Shown here piece after piece: positions 1 to 7,837 of a stretch of DNA of 24,213 nucleotides. Positions within the stretch are counted from its first letter, which is position 1, and each line of letters starts with the position of its first letter. The notes under the pieces were generated by a model, which did no database searches, was not told where the DNA came from, and was given only the letters and a program-made list of their open reading frames with translations. The position numbers and the translations under genes are program-made. Where the stretch lies: contig JBDRNT010000157.1 in assembly GCA_043810925.1 (NCBI GenBank), positions 1 to 24,213 on the forward strand, in the 5' to 3' direction. Source of the DNA: Candidatus Eiseniibacteriota bacterium (GTDB lineage Bacteria; Arandabacterota; Arandabacteria; Arandabacterales; Arandabacteraceae).

Positions 1-90
1 CGTCGTCATAGCCACATCGGCGGCGTCAGTCCCGAGGTCTTTGAGCGGGCCTCAAGCAAGGACCTGGTGGTGTCTACGAAACTGGGGTAA
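1..90 (+). CDS. IS3-family transposase OrfB, C-terminal end (partial, runs off window start)
   Basis: Frame +1 reads RRHSHIGGVSPEVFERASSKDLVVSTKLG*, matching the RRHSxxGxxSPxxFE motif that ends IS3-family integrase-core domains. Not in the ORF track. Confidence 0.85.
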   Translation, partial: RRHSHIGGVSPEVFERASSKDLVVSTKLG

Positions 91-95
91 GTCCA
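1..95 (+). mobile_element. Right end of an IS3-family insertion sequence; IRR at about 70-95
   Basis: GTGTCTACGAAACTGGGGTAAGTCCA ends in the IS3-family CA-3' terminus and overlaps the transposase stop codon. Confidence 0.75.
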
Positions 96-129
96 CTCGG
101 CCCTATGGAGAGGTAACTTCATTTTATGC

Positions 130-159
130 TTGACACAAAGCCATGTGTCCTGCTATTTT
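130..159 (+). promoter_or_regulatory. Sigma70-type promoter for the porin gene
   Basis: TTGACA (130-135), 18 nt spacer ending TGc, TATTTT (154-159). Confidence 0.55.
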
Positions 160-303
160 GCTTCACGATTCAAGGCTATCTATTTGTAGCCTAATGCGTT
201 GTGAGGTTTATGCGGGCACCTATCCTCACCTGTCGAAGGAGGTGAGAGTAAGAAGCAGGCAACCCAGTGGGCGTTTGGCTTCTAATCAAGGAGGGTGCTT
301 AGC

Positions 304-1542
304 ATGAAGTACGCGTTTTTGATCCCCATTCTACTGGTCTTTCTGGTATCCACCTGCTTCTCCGCGCCGGAGACCGGAGCGACTGAGGTGGGCGGCAATT
401 TCTGGTTCAGGTACCACATGGACAGGGCAGACGAATCCACCCAGAGAAGCGGTTTCAATGTCGAGAGAGGCTATATCGGGCTTGGATACGGGTGGACCCC
501 CCAGGTGAGCGGCCAGATGACGGTCAATGTCTTCAGCTCGCCATCAACCGGCGGCACGAACGGCTGGAACGTCGAGCTCAGGGATGCATACCTCAACCTG
601 GGCTATTTCGTACCTCACGGTAAGATCCGTGCCGGGCTCCAGAAAAACTACTTCGGGACCGTTCACGACTGGAAATACCTCACCGTAAGGCGGAGCCTTG
701 CAAATGCGGTCGGGGTGGTTCAGGAACGAGACTACGGCATCGCGTTTCTTGGTACGATCCCCGACGGTATGGGTGAGTGGACCGTTGGCATTATGAACGG
801 TGAAGGCTTCTCCTCGGGTCTTGCTCCCGGGTATGCCGACAGGCAGCCGGGGATCATGGCAACCGTCAGATTGATGCCCCTGAGAGAGACCGTGGTCGGG
901 TTCTCGGTCTTAAGGGACAAGAGGTATGTCTACCAGTGGGACCAGACGGTCTTCACTCGCCAGAACAGCATTGCCTACGAGGACAGGACCGCCTTCTCCG
1001 TCATGGGACGGGTGGGGAGCGGGCCTTTAAGTCTCATGGGTGAGTATCTCTACTACGATTATCCGATACCTGACAGGGACAGCCCGAACGAGTGTGCAGT
1101 CAGCGTCAAGGGTACGGGCTTCAGCGTCTTCCCGATGCTAAGGGTGACGGAGAAGTTCGATGTTGTCGGCAGATACGATATGTGGGACCCGGACAAGGAC
1201 AGTGACCGGTCGATCGGACGTGTAGAGACGTCGACCTACACTGCGTTGGACAGCGACATCTACGCCAAGAGTCCGACGACCTGGTGGTTCCCGGGCGACT
1301 ACTCATTTGAGTATTACAATGTAAGCCACAATGTCTACACGGTCGGTTTCAATTACAACCTGACCGACCGCATGGAAGGCAGTCCGGGTGTTGTTATCCA
1401 GGTAAACTGGCAGCGGATGGATCCGCAGGAAGACCTGGAATGGTACGACACTGTGACTGAGGAGACCACCAAGCAGGTGCTCGATCCGGTTGATTCATTC
1501 ATCTTCCAGCTCAGATGGGGTTGGGGCGGCCTTGATATGTGA
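304..1542 (+). CDS. Outer-membrane beta-barrel protein, porin-like (distantly OprO/OprP-like)
   Basis: RBS AAGGAGG (288-294) favours ATG 304. N-terminal signal peptide, alternating aromatic/hydrophobic strands (GFNVERGYIG, LRDAYL, ERDYGI, GRYDMWDPD) and aromatic terminal strand FQLRWGW. Confidence 0.75.
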   Translation: MKYAFLIPILLVFLVSTCFSAPETGATEVGGNFWFRYHMDRADESTQRSGFNVERGYIGLGYGWTPQVSGQMTVNVFSSPSTGGTNGWNVELRDAYLNLGYFVPHGKIRAGLQKNYFGTVHDWKYLTVRRSLANAVGVVQERDYGIAFLGTIPDGMGEWTVGIMNGEGFSSGLAPGYADRQPGIMATVRLMPLRETVVGFSVLRDKRYVYQWDQTVFTRQNSIAYEDRTAFSVMGRVGSGPLSLMGEYLYYDYPIPDRDSPNECAVSVKGTGFSVFPMLRVTEKFDVVGRYDMWDPDKDSDRSIGRVETSTYTALDSDIYAKSPTTWWFPGDYSFEYYNVSHNVYTVGFNYNLTDRMEGSPGVVIQVNWQRMDPQEDLEWYDTVTEETTKQVLDPVDSFIFQLRWGWGGLDM

Positions 1543-1556
1543 TGACCTGATGTATG

Positions 1557-1584
1557 CCGGCGGGCGCCATACGGCGCCTGCCGG
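1557..1584 (+). other. GC-rich intergenic hairpin without U-tract
   Basis: CCGGCGGGCGCC-ATAC-GGCGCCTGCCGG, a 12 bp stem with one G-U pair. Confidence 0.5.
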
Positions 1585-1608
1585 TGATTCACACGAGGAG
1601 GCGGTGGT

Positions 1609-2934
1609 ATGTGGTTTAAGAAGAAGCCAAGGGTTCTGGTGATCGGCCTGGACGGGACGCCGTTGTCATTTGTCAGGCAGAAGATGGACGAGGGTGTGCT
1701 CCCGGGCTTTAAGAAGCTCTTCGACCGGGGCTCCCTGGTGGAGATCAAGTCGACTCATCCATTTGTGTCTTGTGTCGCGTGGTCTACGTACATGACAGGT
1801 AAGAACGCCGGCAAGCACAATATCTTCGGCTTCATAGACCGCAAACCGGGTACGTATTCGGTCTACATACCGAATGGCTCGAACATGACCAGCAAGACCC
1901 TGTGGGAGATCCTGAGCGACGAGGGAAAGAGCGTGCTTGTCATGAACGTGCCGGTCACCTACCCGCCGCGGAAGGTGAACGGAATCCTGGTGTCGGGTTT
2001 CCTGGCACCGAAACTTGAGGGGGGCACTTATCCGGCGGAGCTCTCATCAAGACTCCGGAAGGAAGGTTATGAGATAGATATAGACCCGTGGAGGGCAAGA
2101 GAGAACCTGGACAATCTCTATCCCGATCTCATGCGTGTCTTCAAGGCCAGGACCGGCGCCTTCATGAAACTCTATTCCGAGAAGAAGTGGGACTTCGCAC
2201 AACTCCACGTGATGGAAACCGACCGGCTCTACCATTTCATGTGGGGTCACATGGATGAGGGGCATCCCAAGTACTCGAAAGAATTCATGGAGGTCTTCAA
2301 GGCCATCGATGCATTCCTGGAAGAGATCGCAAGTACCGTTGGTGATGATGTGACGGTGGTTGTCATGTCGGACCACGGCTTCTGTACCGTCAAGAAGGAG
2401 ATCTATCTTAACAGGTTCCTCGAGGAGAAGGGTTACCTCCGTTACAAGGAGGAGGGCGCTAAGTCACTTGAGCACATCGATCCCGCCGGAACCCGAGTCT
2501 TCTGCATGGACCCGGGGCGCTTCTACATAAACCTCAAGGGAAGAGAAGCCGAGGGAATCGTCGGCCCGGATGAGTATGAAGGTTTAAGAGACAATCTGAG
2601 GCAGGACCTCGCCGGCCTCACCGATGAGGACGGCAACAAGGTGATAAGAGACGTACTCAACAAGGAAGAGATCTATAGCGGTGAGCGCTTCAACATTGCT
2701 CCCGACGTGGTCATAAACCCGGTCGATGGGTACGACCCGAAGGGTGCCTTCGGCAAGAAGACACTCTCGGGCAAGGGGCCGATCGTGGGCATGCATACCT
2801 ATGACAATGCAATGCTGTTTATCAGCGGCCGGGAGGTCAAGGAGAGTGGCAGCGTCATGGATGTTCCCATGAGCATCTATGAAATCATGGGCATAACCCC
2901 ACCCGACGATCTCGACGGCCACTCCCTCATCTAA
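1609..2934 (+). CDS. AlkP-superfamily protein, type I phosphodiesterase/nucleotide pyrophosphatase-like (COG3379-like), paralogue 1
   Basis: VIGLDG, STHPFVSCVAW...TGKNAGKHNIFGF, ETDRLYH, SDHG, GMH. RBS GAGGAGG upstream; no signal peptide. Confidence 0.9.
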   Translation: MWFKKKPRVLVIGLDGTPLSFVRQKMDEGVLPGFKKLFDRGSLVEIKSTHPFVSCVAWSTYMTGKNAGKHNIFGFIDRKPGTYSVYIPNGSNMTSKTLWEILSDEGKSVLVMNVPVTYPPRKVNGILVSGFLAPKLEGGTYPAELSSRLRKEGYEIDIDPWRARENLDNLYPDLMRVFKARTGAFMKLYSEKKWDFAQLHVMETDRLYHFMWGHMDEGHPKYSKEFMEVFKAIDAFLEEIASTVGDDVTVVVMSDHGFCTVKKEIYLNRFLEEKGYLRYKEEGAKSLEHIDPAGTRVFCMDPGRFYINLKGREAEGIVGPDEYEGLRDNLRQDLAGLTDEDGNKVIRDVLNKEEIYSGERFNIAPDVVINPVDGYDPKGAFGKKTLSGKGPIVGMHTYDNAMLFISGREVKESGSVMDVPMSIYEIMGITPPDDLDGHSLI

Positions 2935-2967
2935 TGGGGTCAGGCTTTGAAAACTGGAATAGTGAGG
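2935..2967 (+). repeat. REP-like repeat family A, copy 1
   Basis: TGGGGTCAGGCTTTGAAAACTGGAAT matches 3652-3677 with one mismatch. Confidence 0.85.
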
Positions 2968-3042
2968 CGTTTATTGAGGCAGGGTCTTCTCGAGATCCGG
3001 GGAGACCTTGTTGGCAACGGCACGTTGAAAGGAGGAGGCATT

Positions 3043-3645
3043 ATGCGTAAAGCGTTCCTGGCCGGGGTGATGGTCCTTGCCCTGGCAGCACCGGCTTTTG
3101 CAGGCGTCGGGCCCGGTACGATGGAAAAGTCCCTCGGCGGGATGTTCCACCTCTCACCCGAACCGTGGGAGCTCACCGGCAACATGTACTTGGCCTACTA
3201 TGTTTCCCCGATGGTCGGCATCGGCCCGTTCTTCGAGATCCAGAAGACCGGAGAGATGAAGGATGTCGTCTATTGGACCGGCACTGATTTCGACACAGGC
3301 ACCTACAAACCTGCCACATACTATCGCTTCGGCGGCTTTGTTAAGGTCTATCTGCCCGTGACCATGGCCGGCGGCAAACTGACACCTTATGTCGCCGCAG
3401 GTGGAGGTATTGTCACCATGCCTAAGCCCCAGTGGGATGATCGTCTGGTCGAAGAGACGGAGAGCAAGTTCGGGTACTTCGGCGAGTTCTCAATCGACTA
3501 CTGGGCCACCGACTCTTGGACGATCTGGGCAGGCTTGCGTGTCTCCAAGGTTTCGGGTGACACGGACACCTACTTCGATATGTACGGTCGCGATTTTACT
3601 GACATGCGGTCGCAGATCCTGGTCGGAATAAGCAGCTTCAAGTAA
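3043..3645 (+). CDS. Small outer-membrane beta-barrel protein (OmpA/OmpW-like membrane domain)
   Basis: RBS GGAGGAGG before ATG 3043. Signal peptide ending AFA, the KLTPYVAAGGG strand motif and a penultimate Phe. Confidence 0.8.
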   Translation: MRKAFLAGVMVLALAAPAFAGVGPGTMEKSLGGMFHLSPEPWELTGNMYLAYYVSPMVGIGPFFEIQKTGEMKDVVYWTGTDFDTGTYKPATYYRFGGFVKVYLPVTMAGGKLTPYVAAGGGIVTMPKPQWDDRLVEETESKFGYFGEFSIDYWATDSWTIWAGLRVSKVSGDTDTYFDMYGRDFTDMRSQILVGISSFK

Positions 3646-3651
3646 ATATGG

Positions 3652-3780
3652 TGGGGTCAGGCTTTGAAATCTGGAATCAGGTCTGACCCCGTTATTCGAA
3701 AGGGGCCGCTATTTAGCGGCCCCTCTTCTATTTCAGGCTTTTCACCTCAATCTGATTCCAGATTTCAAAGCCTGACCCCA
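3652..3780. repeat. REP-like repeat family A, copies 2 and 3, forming a perfect 29 bp inverted repeat
   Basis: 3652-3680 TGGGGTCAGGCTTTGAAATCTGGAATCAG is the reverse complement of 3752-3780. An extra CTGACCCC at 3683-3690 can also pair with copy 2. Confidence 0.9.
3701..3724. terminator. Probable bidirectional intrinsic terminator between convergent genes
   Basis: AGGGGCCGCT-ATTT-AGCGGCCCCT with A-rich 5' and T-rich 3' flanks. Confidence 0.7.
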
Positions 3781-3785
3781 GCCCT

Positions 3786-4400
3786 TTACTCTATATAGCC
3801 CAAGCCTCTCAAGCGTTCCTTGATCTTTTCCTCATCCTCACTGCAGCAGCAGGGCTTGTCTCCACACTCGCCCTTTGGGATGTAGCCAAGGGTCTCCATG
3901 GTGAGGAGGACCTTGTTGACACAGGTGTCGATGTCCTCGGTGTCCGTTTCACAGACGACCTCGGCCTTCTCAGGCTCTTCGTAGGGCATGTGCCAGCCCG
4001 CGATATCGGCGATCTCACCGCGTTCGGCGCGCTTATAAAGCCCCTTGGGGTCGCGGCTCTTGCAGGTATCCAGCGATGCCTTGACATGGATCTCGAGGAA
4101 CCGGTCAACCATTGCCCTTGCTCTGTCACGGTGGGCCCTCAAGGGGGATACGGCGGCCACGATCGTGCAAACGCCGTTACGGGTGAGCATCTTACCCATG
4201 AAGGCAAGGCGCTTGGTATTGGTATCCCTGTCCTTGGCGGTGAAGCCCAGGTCGGGACTCAGGTTGGCCCTTATCTCATCGGCATCCATGTTCTCAACCA
4301 GGACACCCCGCTCCCTTAAGACTTTCTCGACGGCCTTCCCGATTGTCGATTTGCCCGAAGACGGGACTCCCGTAAACCACAAGAATGTTCCCTTTTCCAT
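3786..4400 (-). CDS. cysC: Adenylyl-sulfate (APS) kinase with a C-terminal ...ERLRGLGYIE extension
   Basis: WFTGVPSSGKST P-loop, DADEIR, LGFT.KDR..N, RDPKGLYK, PYEEP. Confidence 0.95.
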   Translation of the reverse strand: MEKGTFLWFTGVPSSGKSTIGKAVEKVLRERGVLVENMDADEIRANLSPDLGFTAKDRDTNTKRLAFMGKMLTRNGVCTIVAAVSPLRAHRDRARAMVDRFLEIHVKASLDTCKSRDPKGLYKRAERGEIADIAGWHMPYEEPEKAEVVCETDTEDIDTCVNKVLLTMETLGYIPKGECGDKPCCCSEDEEKIKERLRGLGYIE

Positions 4401-4414
4401 CCTGATCCCCCTTC

Positions 4415-5806
4415 TCAGAGTTGTATGACTTTGCCTTCCATATCCTTCGGCACGTCGATTCCCATCACATCGAGCACCGTCGGTGCCACATCGTATATTT
4501 CAAGATTCTCCAGTTTCTTGCCGCGCTTGACCTTCGGATCCCACAGGACAAAGATTCCGTGTTCGGCATGCACGGCGTCATCCGGGCCGACTTCGGTCTC
4601 AAAGGAGTGGATCGAGTCGTGCCCGATTGTACCGGTCGATCGCCAGTAAAGATCACCGAAATAGACGATCAGGTCGGGTGCCTGGTCCAGGTTGGGTCCC
4701 GTATATGCCTCCTGGGGTTTGATCACCCGGGTCCCGATGTTCTTGCCGTTTTCATCCGTGATGCTTCTAAGCCTCTCGGCTATCTCGTCCCTGACCTTCT
4801 CGTAATCGGCGGGATCGATCGCACCCTGCTTCTCGCGGCCTTTGACATTGAGGAAAAGCCGGCAATAGTAGCCGCCCAGGCCCCATGCCTTTGTCTTTTC
4901 CCAATCGATGTCGGCCTTTTCGAGTTTGACCAGGCCTTCGGGCCTGGACTTAAGCGTCATCAGGCCTTCCTGGATCAGCCAGTCGTTGACGTTGATCGCA
5001 CCCTCCATCTTCTTCGCCCCGTGGTCGGATACGACCAGGACGGTCGTGTCCTCATCGAGGACTTCAAGCAGGTCGCCGATCCGCTTGTCGAGGTACTTGT
5101 GGTACTCAAGAATGGCGTTTTCATACTTGTTACCGGCCTCGTACTTGCGGTGGGTCTTGTCGAAGAACTTCCAGAAACCATGGTGTATCCTGTCGAGCCC
5201 TATCTCGACGAACATGAAGAAGTGCCACGGCTCGTTCGTGAGGAAATACTTAACGAGATCAAAGCGTTTCTCGGTCATCTCATAGATTTCCGCCAGAAGC
5301 TCGTCCTTGTTCTCGGTCCGGAACTTCTCACAGTCGAGCATGTAATCTCCGACCGCCAGTTTGACTTCATCCTTGATGTACTCGGGAAACGTGTAGTCGG
5401 AGTTGGTGTCCGGCGCCAGCCAGTCGGTTACCATGAAGCCGTTGACCGGTCTCGGTGGATACGTCTGGGGTACACCGACCATGCCCACCTTGTAACCTTC
5501 ACGCCCGACAACATCCCAGAGTGTCGGTTCCTTTATGGCAGTGGAGTTGGCAATCCAGAAGTTGTCATACGAGTATTCGCTGCGGTTTCTGAAGCCGAAG
5601 ATACCCAGCTGTCCCGGGTTCTTGCTTGTAACCATGCACTGCCAGGCGGGTATTGTGATCGGTGGTATCGTGCTCTTGAGCGGTCCCCAGACCCCACCAT
5701 CGACCATACGCTTGATGTTGGGGAGCTCGTCGAGCCACTTGTCGAAAACCAGATCGGGTGCCGCACAATCCAGCCCGATTATAAGTACTTTCCTCTTCGG
5801 TCCCAT
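4415..5806 (-). CDS. AlkP-superfamily COG3379-like protein, paralogue 2
   Basis: IIGLDC, STIPPITIPAW, GLDRIHH, SDHG, DDAVH, DVAPTVL. Lies between sat and cysC with short spacers. Confidence 0.9.
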   Translation of the reverse strand: MGPKRKVLIIGLDCAAPDLVFDKWLDELPNIKRMVDGGVWGPLKSTIPPITIPAWQCMVTSKNPGQLGIFGFRNRSEYSYDNFWIANSTAIKEPTLWDVVGREGYKVGMVGVPQTYPPRPVNGFMVTDWLAPDTNSDYTFPEYIKDEVKLAVGDYMLDCEKFRTENKDELLAEIYEMTEKRFDLVKYFLTNEPWHFFMFVEIGLDRIHHGFWKFFDKTHRKYEAGNKYENAILEYHKYLDKRIGDLLEVLDEDTTVLVVSDHGAKKMEGAINVNDWLIQEGLMTLKSRPEGLVKLEKADIDWEKTKAWGLGGYYCRLFLNVKGREKQGAIDPADYEKVRDEIAERLRSITDENGKNIGTRVIKPQEAYTGPNLDQAPDLIVYFGDLYWRSTGTIGHDSIHSFETEVGPDDAVHAEHGIFVLWDPKVKRGKKLENLEIYDVAPTVLDVMGIDVPKDMEGKVIQL

Positions 5807-5825
5807 TCACCTCTCCTTGCTGCGA

Positions 5826-6977
5826 CTACTCGATAAAGGGATTGTCGAAATCTTTCTGAGCCTGGAACACCTCAGGTCGTATCATCTCCGGCGGGGGCGT
5901 ACCGCCCTCTACCAGCAGCTTCCTCACGATGGTTCCAGAGAACTTCATCTTGACATCATCACCGTGGGGACAGGTGCGCTCACTTTCAAGCCGCGCGCAG
6001 GTCTTGCAGTAGAAGAAGTCACCTCGTAGGGTGATAGGGCGAATATCAAGATCATCGAGCTCATCGAAGATCTCGATCGCCGCCTCGGGAGCGTAATAAT
6101 TGCCGACGCCGGCGTGGTCTCTTCCGACTATAAGGTGCGTGCAGCCATGATTCTTCCTGATTATGGCATGATGCACGGCTTCCCGCGGACCGGCGTATCT
6201 CATCTCCATGGGTAGGATGGTCAGGGCGACACGGTCCTCGGGGAAATAGTTCTTGATCAGAGCGTCATAGCACTTGAGAATCACGGCGTCCTTGAAATCT
6301 CCCTTTTTCTTCTTGCCTATGACGGGATGGATAAGGAGGCCGTCAACCAGTGCGAGGACGGTCTTCTGCATGTTCTCGTGGCCCAGATGGGGCGCGTTTC
6401 TTGTCTGGAAAGCGGCAACCGTCTTCCAACCCTTCTTCTCGAAGAGCTCGCGTGTCTCGGACGGATAGAGGTTGTACTCCGGAAACGGTTCACGTGAGGT
6501 GTCAATGAGGTCGAGATCTCCGCCGAGGAAGACATCTTTCATCTCCATTTTAGACGCAACGCCGGGGTGGGCCGGGTCGTCGGTCCCGAACACGGCCTTG
6601 GCGATCTTCTCCTTGGGATAAGAATACTTCTCCTTGAGATGAAGAATCGCGACCGGGGTGCCGTCCTCACTCTTGAGGCATACATCTTCGCCCTCGGTGA
6701 GACCCCCCGCTTCCTCCTCGGAGGCATCAAGGAGTATCGGTATAGTCCAGACGGTCCCGTTCGCAAGCCGCATGTTCTCAAGGATAGGCTTGAGATCGTT
6801 CTGGCATATGAAACCCTCAAGCGGGCTATACCTTCCGTGGCAGATGTTCTTAACATCGGTCACACTTTCCTTATCGATCGTTATGCTCTTCATACCGGCA
6901 ACTGCCGCCAGAGCGTTTTCGAGGTCTTTGCCCGTGAGGGACCTGTCTATGAGCTTGCCACCATGCGGTTTGACCAT
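5826..6977 (-). CDS. sat: Sulfate adenylyltransferase (ATP sulfurylase, Sat/Met3 type)
   Basis: PHGGKL, YSPLEGF, FQTRNAPHLGH, MRYAGPREA, GRDHAG and a Zn site CxxC...CPH. RBS GGAGGT favours ATG at 6977 over GTG at 7037. Confidence 0.96.
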   Translation of the reverse strand: MVKPHGGKLIDRSLTGKDLENALAAVAGMKSITIDKESVTDVKNICHGRYSPLEGFICQNDLKPILENMRLANGTVWTIPILLDASEEEAGGLTEGEDVCLKSEDGTPVAILHLKEKYSYPKEKIAKAVFGTDDPAHPGVASKMEMKDVFLGGDLDLIDTSREPFPEYNLYPSETRELFEKKGWKTVAAFQTRNAPHLGHENMQKTVLALVDGLLIHPVIGKKKKGDFKDAVILKCYDALIKNYFPEDRVALTILPMEMRYAGPREAVHHAIIRKNHGCTHLIVGRDHAGVGNYYAPEAAIEIFDELDDLDIRPITLRGDFFYCKTCARLESERTCPHGDDVKMKFSGTIVRKLLVEGGTPPPEMIRPEVFQAQKDFDNPFIE

Positions 6978-7051
6978 GACTGTGACTACCTCCTGTTCCT
7001 GTTCTTCTGGGAATACTCTCTTCTGGTCTATCGGCACAGGTATACCCAGTC

Positions 7052-7080
7052 ATTATACCCACTTAAGTCGAGTTCCGCAA
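7052..7080 (-). promoter_or_regulatory. Sigma70-type promoter for the sat-AlkP-cysC operon
   Basis: Minus strand TTGCGG (7080-7075), 17 nt, TATAAT (7057-7052). Confidence 0.65.
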
Positions 7081-7386
7081 CACAATTAGGCCATGTGTGT
7101 CCGGGCTCGGCGAGTGATGGCGGTTGCCGAACTGGGCTAATAGACCCAGCCGGTCGGAGGATTGACCCATATCCGGCCGGGAAGGGGGCCCCGGAAAACG
7201 GTGCCCGCAGCCAAGCGGGACTATTTCTTTTGGGTTCAACACGTTGTCACTTACGGTGCCGGGACCGGCAGGCGGTGCGCGTGGCACGGAACCTGCTTAT
7301 CTAAGGTAATTGGTAATTCAGACAGACGCCCCGCCGGAGTCTGGTTTGGTTGACTGGCCCTCGCCGATACCCTAAGGAAATGTACC

Positions 7387-7779
7387 ATGCGCTTGATTGT
7401 TGCCGCTGTGCTCGTACTGATCTTCGCTCTGAGCGGATGTGCCCACAGGGCCGTCAGTATGAGCAACCTCTTGGGTAGGGAAGAGGTTGAAGCGTCCTAT
7501 CTTCTGGTTGGTGGCGCATGGGTCCCTGAAGACAGCCTCTCCTGGTCGGACAGGTCCTGGTACAGGGAACTTCGCTTCGATACGGATGGGAATGGCAGGT
7601 GGAACTATCTCTACGCCGAAGTCTACGACGACGTTGCAGGCTGGACCTGGATCCCCTCGAGTGCACGCGTAAACCCCGAGGAGGAACCGGATCTGGCCCG
7701 GACCAAACGATACCTCGTTAGAGATAGGGACACCCCGCCTCGCCAGCCGAGCCTCGACGATTTCGGATACAACGATTAG
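7387..7779 (+). CDS. Hypothetical lipoprotein
   Basis: AAGGA RBS, hydrophobic signal with lipobox LSGC, and a DTDGNG Ca-binding-like loop. Confidence 0.7.
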   Translation: MRLIVAAVLVLIFALSGCAHRAVSMSNLLGREEVEASYLLVGGAWVPEDSLSWSDRSWYRELRFDTDGNGRWNYLYAEVYDDVAGWTWIPSSARVNPEEEPDLARTKRYLVRDRDTPPRQPSLDDFGYND

Positions 7780-7811
7780 TAGTGCCCTGCAGTGAAGAGA
7801 ATCTGTGCCAG

Positions 7812-7835
7812 CGGGAACCCCTCACGGGGTTCCCG
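7812..7835. terminator. Hairpin between convergent genes (probable terminator)
   Basis: CGGGAACCCC-TCAC-GGGGTTCCCG, a perfect 10 bp stem followed by ATTATTTT. Confidence 0.65.
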
Positions 7836-7837
7836 GA

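Noticed and set aside
2935-3690. Possible integron attC cassette sites
   Set aside because: No RYYYAAC...GTTRRRY core boxes and no integrase.
4421-5836. 471-aa + strand ORF
   Set aside because: Antisense shadow of the well-supported AlkP gene with no motifs; expected from GC-rich codon bias.
5826-6977. sat as evidence of dissimilatory sulfate reduction
   Set aside because: It is linked to APS kinase, and no aprAB, qmo or dsr genes are in the window; this fits PAPS synthesis.
6978-7037. N-terminal extension of sat (likewise 2947-3042, 9982-10032 and 11015-11266 for other genes)
   Set aside because: Better RBS-supported or overlap-supported downstream starts exist.
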